Assembly: GCA_019828565.1 (NCBI GenBank)
Contig: JAHDYR010000066.1
Coordinates: 310,001 to 374,000 of the forward strand
DNA: 64,000 bases
From: Carpediemonas membranifera BICM
Taxonomy: Eukaryota > Protista > Fornicata
Direction of reading: 5' to 3'
The translations under genes were made by a program, and so were the position numbers. Positions 59,915 to 64,000 of the stretch are shown in pieces (positions within the stretch are counted from its first letter, which is position 1; each line of letters starts with the position of its first letter). The notes below the pieces were generated by a model. That model worked only from the letters and a program-made list of their open reading frames with translations. It did no database searches and was not told where the DNA came from.

Positions 59915-62900
59915 TTACTGCCGGGAAATGGCGTCGCCGCCGATGGTGCCGAAGAGAGTGTCCAGGTAGGCAGGGTCGCGGTACTCGTCGAGCATCTGGT
60001 GGGCCGCAGCCATGCGCTCGTCGAGGTCGACGCGCTTGCGGAGGGTGCTGGCGACCCTCGTGCGGGAGGAGAGCTCGGTCATGTAGCCGATGAACTTGGC
60101 CGCGCGGTTGATGTCGCGCTCCTGCTTGGTCTTGAGACGCTGCTGGTACCATTCGGACTTGACGAGGGCCTCGCGGGTGAACATGGCACGGATGTCGGGG
60201 TGGGTGAGGGGCTTGCCCTCGTAGTGGCCGTGCGCGGCACACTCAAGCACGGCGCGGAGGGGCGGGCAGGCGTTCTCGATGGCGCCGTCGCGGAAGTAGC
60301 GCTCGGCAGTCACGCGCTGGGCGTTGACGATGGCTTCGATGCCGTTGACGTAGTCGTCGAGACCCTGCATCTCGGGCTTGAGGTGCTCGTCATCGAAGAG
60401 GGCGTCGGGGGTGTCGAAGATGCGGCCAAAGAAGTGCGTGATGAACTTGCGGGTGACGCGGAAGCCCAGGCGGGAGGCGAGGACCCCCTTGCCGTTGTAC
60501 TCGAAGTCCTCGAGCTTCTCAAGGAAGCCGTGTTCGAGCAGATAGCCCGGCTCGCGCTCCTCCTCGGTCATACGGCAGAAGAGCTCGGGCATCATCAGCG
60601 AGAAGTCGTGGTCAACGCGCAGTTTAGGGCCGATGTAGCCGGCGGCGGAGGAGAAGACACCGTGCTGAGTGAGGAGCAGCGAGACGAGGGCGTTGTTGAG
60701 GTCGGCGGTGGCCTGGAGGCAGTTGAACGGACCCTTGGTGAGGGCTCCCTCCATGCCGAAGCCCGTGGTGGACGGCGAGGCGCCAGTGAGGCACGTGGCG
60801 AAGTCCATGAAGAGCTCGGGCAGCTCTTGGTAGTGGAGGGGCGAGTAGACGGCCAGGCCGGGGATGCCGCGGGCGTGGTCAACCTGGTTGAGACGGCGGC
60901 CGGGCAGGACGCAGGTCACGGGGAAGTGGACGGGGCACTCCATCGGCACGCGGCGGTAGAGGCGGGCGCAGACCTCGGCGACGTAGCGGGGCAGGCGGTT
61001 GCTGAGAGACTCGCGCGTCTCGAGGTAGCGGACGTTCTTAGAGGGCGCGCCGTTGACGATACGGGGTCTGTCAGAGCAGATCCAGGTGCGGGCGCCGGGG
61101 TTCTTGCTGACCATGGTCTCGACGAGGTCGACAACGGGCTGAGTATAGTTGTACAGGTCCGTGGAGTCCTCGAACACCTCGACAGCTTGGTCGATCGTCA
61201 GGGGCTCGTAGTTGGAGCAGAAGAGCTGGCCGTCCATGCGGGACAGGTCCTCCTCGGCGTGCTTGTCGTGGCCGCGGATGACAGCGTCGTCGGGGCGCTG
61301 GAAGAAGCGGTACTCGCAGTTGGTGACGAGCTTGACCGAGCCAGCAGCGCAGGCGGCGGGGGAGCCGCAGTACTTGACGACATCCGTGGGGACGACGACG
61401 GACGCGGTGATGTCGTCCTCGAGCTGGATCTTGCGGGAGGCGTGGAAGTCCTGACGGAGCTTGAAGGCGCGCCACATGGAGTCAGAGTAGAGGCCGATAC
61501 GGGCGTGGTTGGCAGAGATGGTGTGGCCGTCGAAGAGGAGCTCGTGGCCGTGGACGCCGTTGATGAGGTCGACCCCGAAGTGAGAGGCCCAGTCGTCCTT
61601 CCACTCGGGCTGGTAGTACGTCTTGACGATGAAGACGAAGCTCTTGATGTCAGCGGGCAGCTGCTCGACCCAGAAGTTGTACTCCTCAGAGAACTCCTCG
61701 GGGTCGGGGGTGAGCAGCTTGATGACGGAGCCGAGGGAGCGGTGGGGCGACAGGATGGGGCGGGTGTCCGCCTTGTACTCGATGTGCTTGAAGCGGAAAC
61801 CGAAGTCCTTCTTCAGAACCTCGTCGACTCGGCGCACGGTATCGGCAAAGTCGCCGACGAAGACGGGCTTGGTGAAGGTGTTGTCGTCGAAGGACTTGGA
61901 GATCTCGGACTATGTGAGGGTGAGGTTGGGTACATACCTTGCCGCCGCCAGAGACGGTGGACGGCTTGTGGCAGGTGATGCCGTCAGCCTTACGGCCAAT
62001 GAGGGCCCACTGCTTCTTGCTGGTGGCGTTCTGGCGCTTCATCTCGAGGGTGACCATGTAACCGCAGGGAAGGATGTAGTTCTTGCCGTAGAGCAGCTTG
62101 GTGATGACAGTGGCCCCAGTGTCGGGGTGCTTCCACTCGACCGACTTGCGGGTGATTGAGATGCGGGCCGTCTCGGGCACGTAGATGATCTCCGAGAAGT
62201 TACGGTCGAAGCCACAGCCGAGCTCCTCGTCATACTGGATCAGCGTGCCGTAGCGCTCGAGCTGGTCGATGAAGCGGGTCTCGGCGCCCTCGACGCGGGT
62301 GTCAGCGGCGAACTCAAGACCCCAGTTATACGTGGCAGCGCAGATGGCGCCACCGGCGTGCTCCTCTTCGGCGAGACCGAAGAAGTTGGCAGAGAACGAG
62401 AGCATGGTCTTGACCTCCTTCTGTGTTAGCGTGGGAAAGGGGAGTGGCACAAACCTTGCTGTAGCCGAAGTAGTTGTCCGCGATCAGGGTGACCATCACG
62501 CCGTCAGCCGTGCGCGCACACAGCTTGAAGGCGCCGCCGTTGTGGTAGAAGAGCCCCATGCCGCTATCCTCCTCGGACCAGAACATACCGTCCCGCAGCT
62601 GGCGCTCGGTGGCCTCGGACTTGTGGGGGAGGCCGGCCTGCTTCTTGGTGACCTTGCGGAGGTGGGGGCAGAGGATGATGCAGCCCGTTGTGCCCGTCCA
62701 GTGCTCGATGTCGAGGCCTGCGTCGTTCTCGGGGAGGAATGGATCGCCGGCGTTACCGAAGATCGACTCGACGAAGTCAACGTTGGCGGCGAGGGAGGCG
62801 GGGGCGAAGAAGCGGACCTCCATGGTCTTCTCCTGCATGTAGTTGTGGACGCCAGGCTGGACGACGGGGCGGAGGAGGTTTGACACCCAGCAGTGGGCGC

Positions 62901-63696
62901 GGTCGCCCTTGGGCTGGGTGGAGGAGTAGGGAAGCTCCAGGATGTCCTTCGAGGTCGGGTTGAGGGCGTAGTGGAGCAGGTTGGCGAACGTCTGCTTGGG
63001 AACGGCGATCTTGTCGTCGGGGATGGGGTAGCCGCCCTCGCAAATGTGGAAGACGCCCTTGGTGGTACGCCTGTCGTTGAAGGGGTTGTGCAGCACACCC
63101 TGCTTGACGCGGTAGGACGAGATGTTCTCGTTCTTATACTCATCCCGGTCGATGGGGAGGCAGATCTGGCGGGCGATGCCGGCGCGGTCGCAGATCAGTG
63201 AGCGCTCGGGGAGGTTGACTGAGCCGCATGGCTTGACGTCGGCGAGGTATTTGTCGAGGAAGGACTGGATGCGGCGATCGGCGGGGCATAGGTGGTCGCG
63301 CATGTCGGCCGAGAGGGCTTTGTAGTGGTCGAGGACCATCTGGGCGACGCTGAGGAAACCCTCTGCATCGGAGACGGCGTTGAGCCCGAGGGAGACCAGC
63401 TTCGTGTCGATGATGCTGCGGATGTCGCGCTGGTCCTTCAGGCGCTGCTCAGCCTCGTCGGGCGAGTACTGGGCGAGGGCGCGGGCACGGTTGTACTCTG
63501 GGGACATGGAGTGGTGGAAGCTGCTGTCCGCAAGGCGCTGCTTGTTGCCGCTAACGCCAAGGAACGGATGGGGGTGGAAGTCGTGGTTGGACGTGGGCGT
63601 TCCGGCTGTATCGGGAAGAAGATCCAGGCTGGAAGCGCGCTTTCTCATACCAGGCGTATTTCTCATAGTATGTGCTTGTTCAGAGGATTTTGACAT
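59915..63696 (-). CDS. PPi-dependent phosphoenolpyruvate carboxykinase, introns 62421-62454 and 61910-61937
   Basis: GVLHNP..DRRTTKGVFH, IADNYFGYSKKEVKT, EEEHAGGA, CHKPSTVSGGGKSEISK, NCEYRFFQRPDDA, SPSTTG.G.EGALTKGPFN. Two introns join three track ORFs. Confidence 0.92.
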
Positions 63697-64000
63697 GATC
63701 CTGAACTTTGTAGCCTCTTGCTGAGCTTTGATGTCTGTTGATCGTGGTCGATTTGGGCAAGATCTAAACGCAAGAAGCAAGTTGTATCAAAGTCACAGCG
63801 ATACTGTATCAGCATCCGCGATCAAATGCGATTTTGGTTGATCCGGTGTCTCATGCCGCGGGCCGAGGCCCTCCCACGCTCAGAGCACTTGATGAAAACT
63901 ACCATATCTTCGGATCCGATCTCGAATTCGCGCCAATCGTCGGCCAGGCTTGAGGCTGCGCAGCTCCGAACATATTCCCCGCATGATGCATTTCTGCAGT

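Noticed and set aside
59999-61978. 659-aa plus-strand ORF (and similar long antisense ORFs at 45305-46285, 32775-34109, 35232-36152)
   Set aside because: These are shadow frames antisense to strongly codon-biased real genes (PEPCK, YgeW and others) and carry no recognisable motifs.
1-64000. rRNA, tRNA or snRNA genes
   Set aside because: No convincing cloverleaf or U1/U2/U5/U6 signature was seen by eye. A covariance-model scan would be needed to exclude them.

Overview
This is gene-dense, GC-rich eukaryotic nuclear DNA, not prokaryotic. It has about 35 tightly packed protein genes on both strands and several tiny (28-34 nt) GT-AG introns whose branch point is fused to the 3' splice site (…CT[A/C/T]AC[A/G]CAG). 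The gene set includes ciliary genes (gamma-tubulin, DPCD, DRC2/CCDC65, CFAP298, PF20/SPAG16, CCP5), trafficking genes (AP-3 sigma, Vps22, VPS9, CCDC22) and anaerobic-metabolism genes (PPi-dependent PEPCK, YgeW-type carbamoyltransferase). Together these suggest a free-living fornicate metamonad such as Carpediemonas (inference, not a database result). The most notable content is two diverged, intronless insertions (~19.25-21.07 kb, minus strand; ~47.15-49.15 kb, plus strand) of a compact Fanzor1-type (eukaryotic TnpB-derived, RNA-guided RuvC) nuclease with no transposase. Both keep the full D-E-D RuvC triad with the rearranged glutamate and share a nucleotide-conserved 3' block (candidate omegaRNA scaffold or right end). 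Both sit co-oriented directly upstream of a host gene. Copy 1 is bracketed by a 34-bp near-perfect direct repeat and has a left-end hairpin. Both copies carry frameshifts that the ORF track hides. All calls come from motif recognition by eye; no searches were run.
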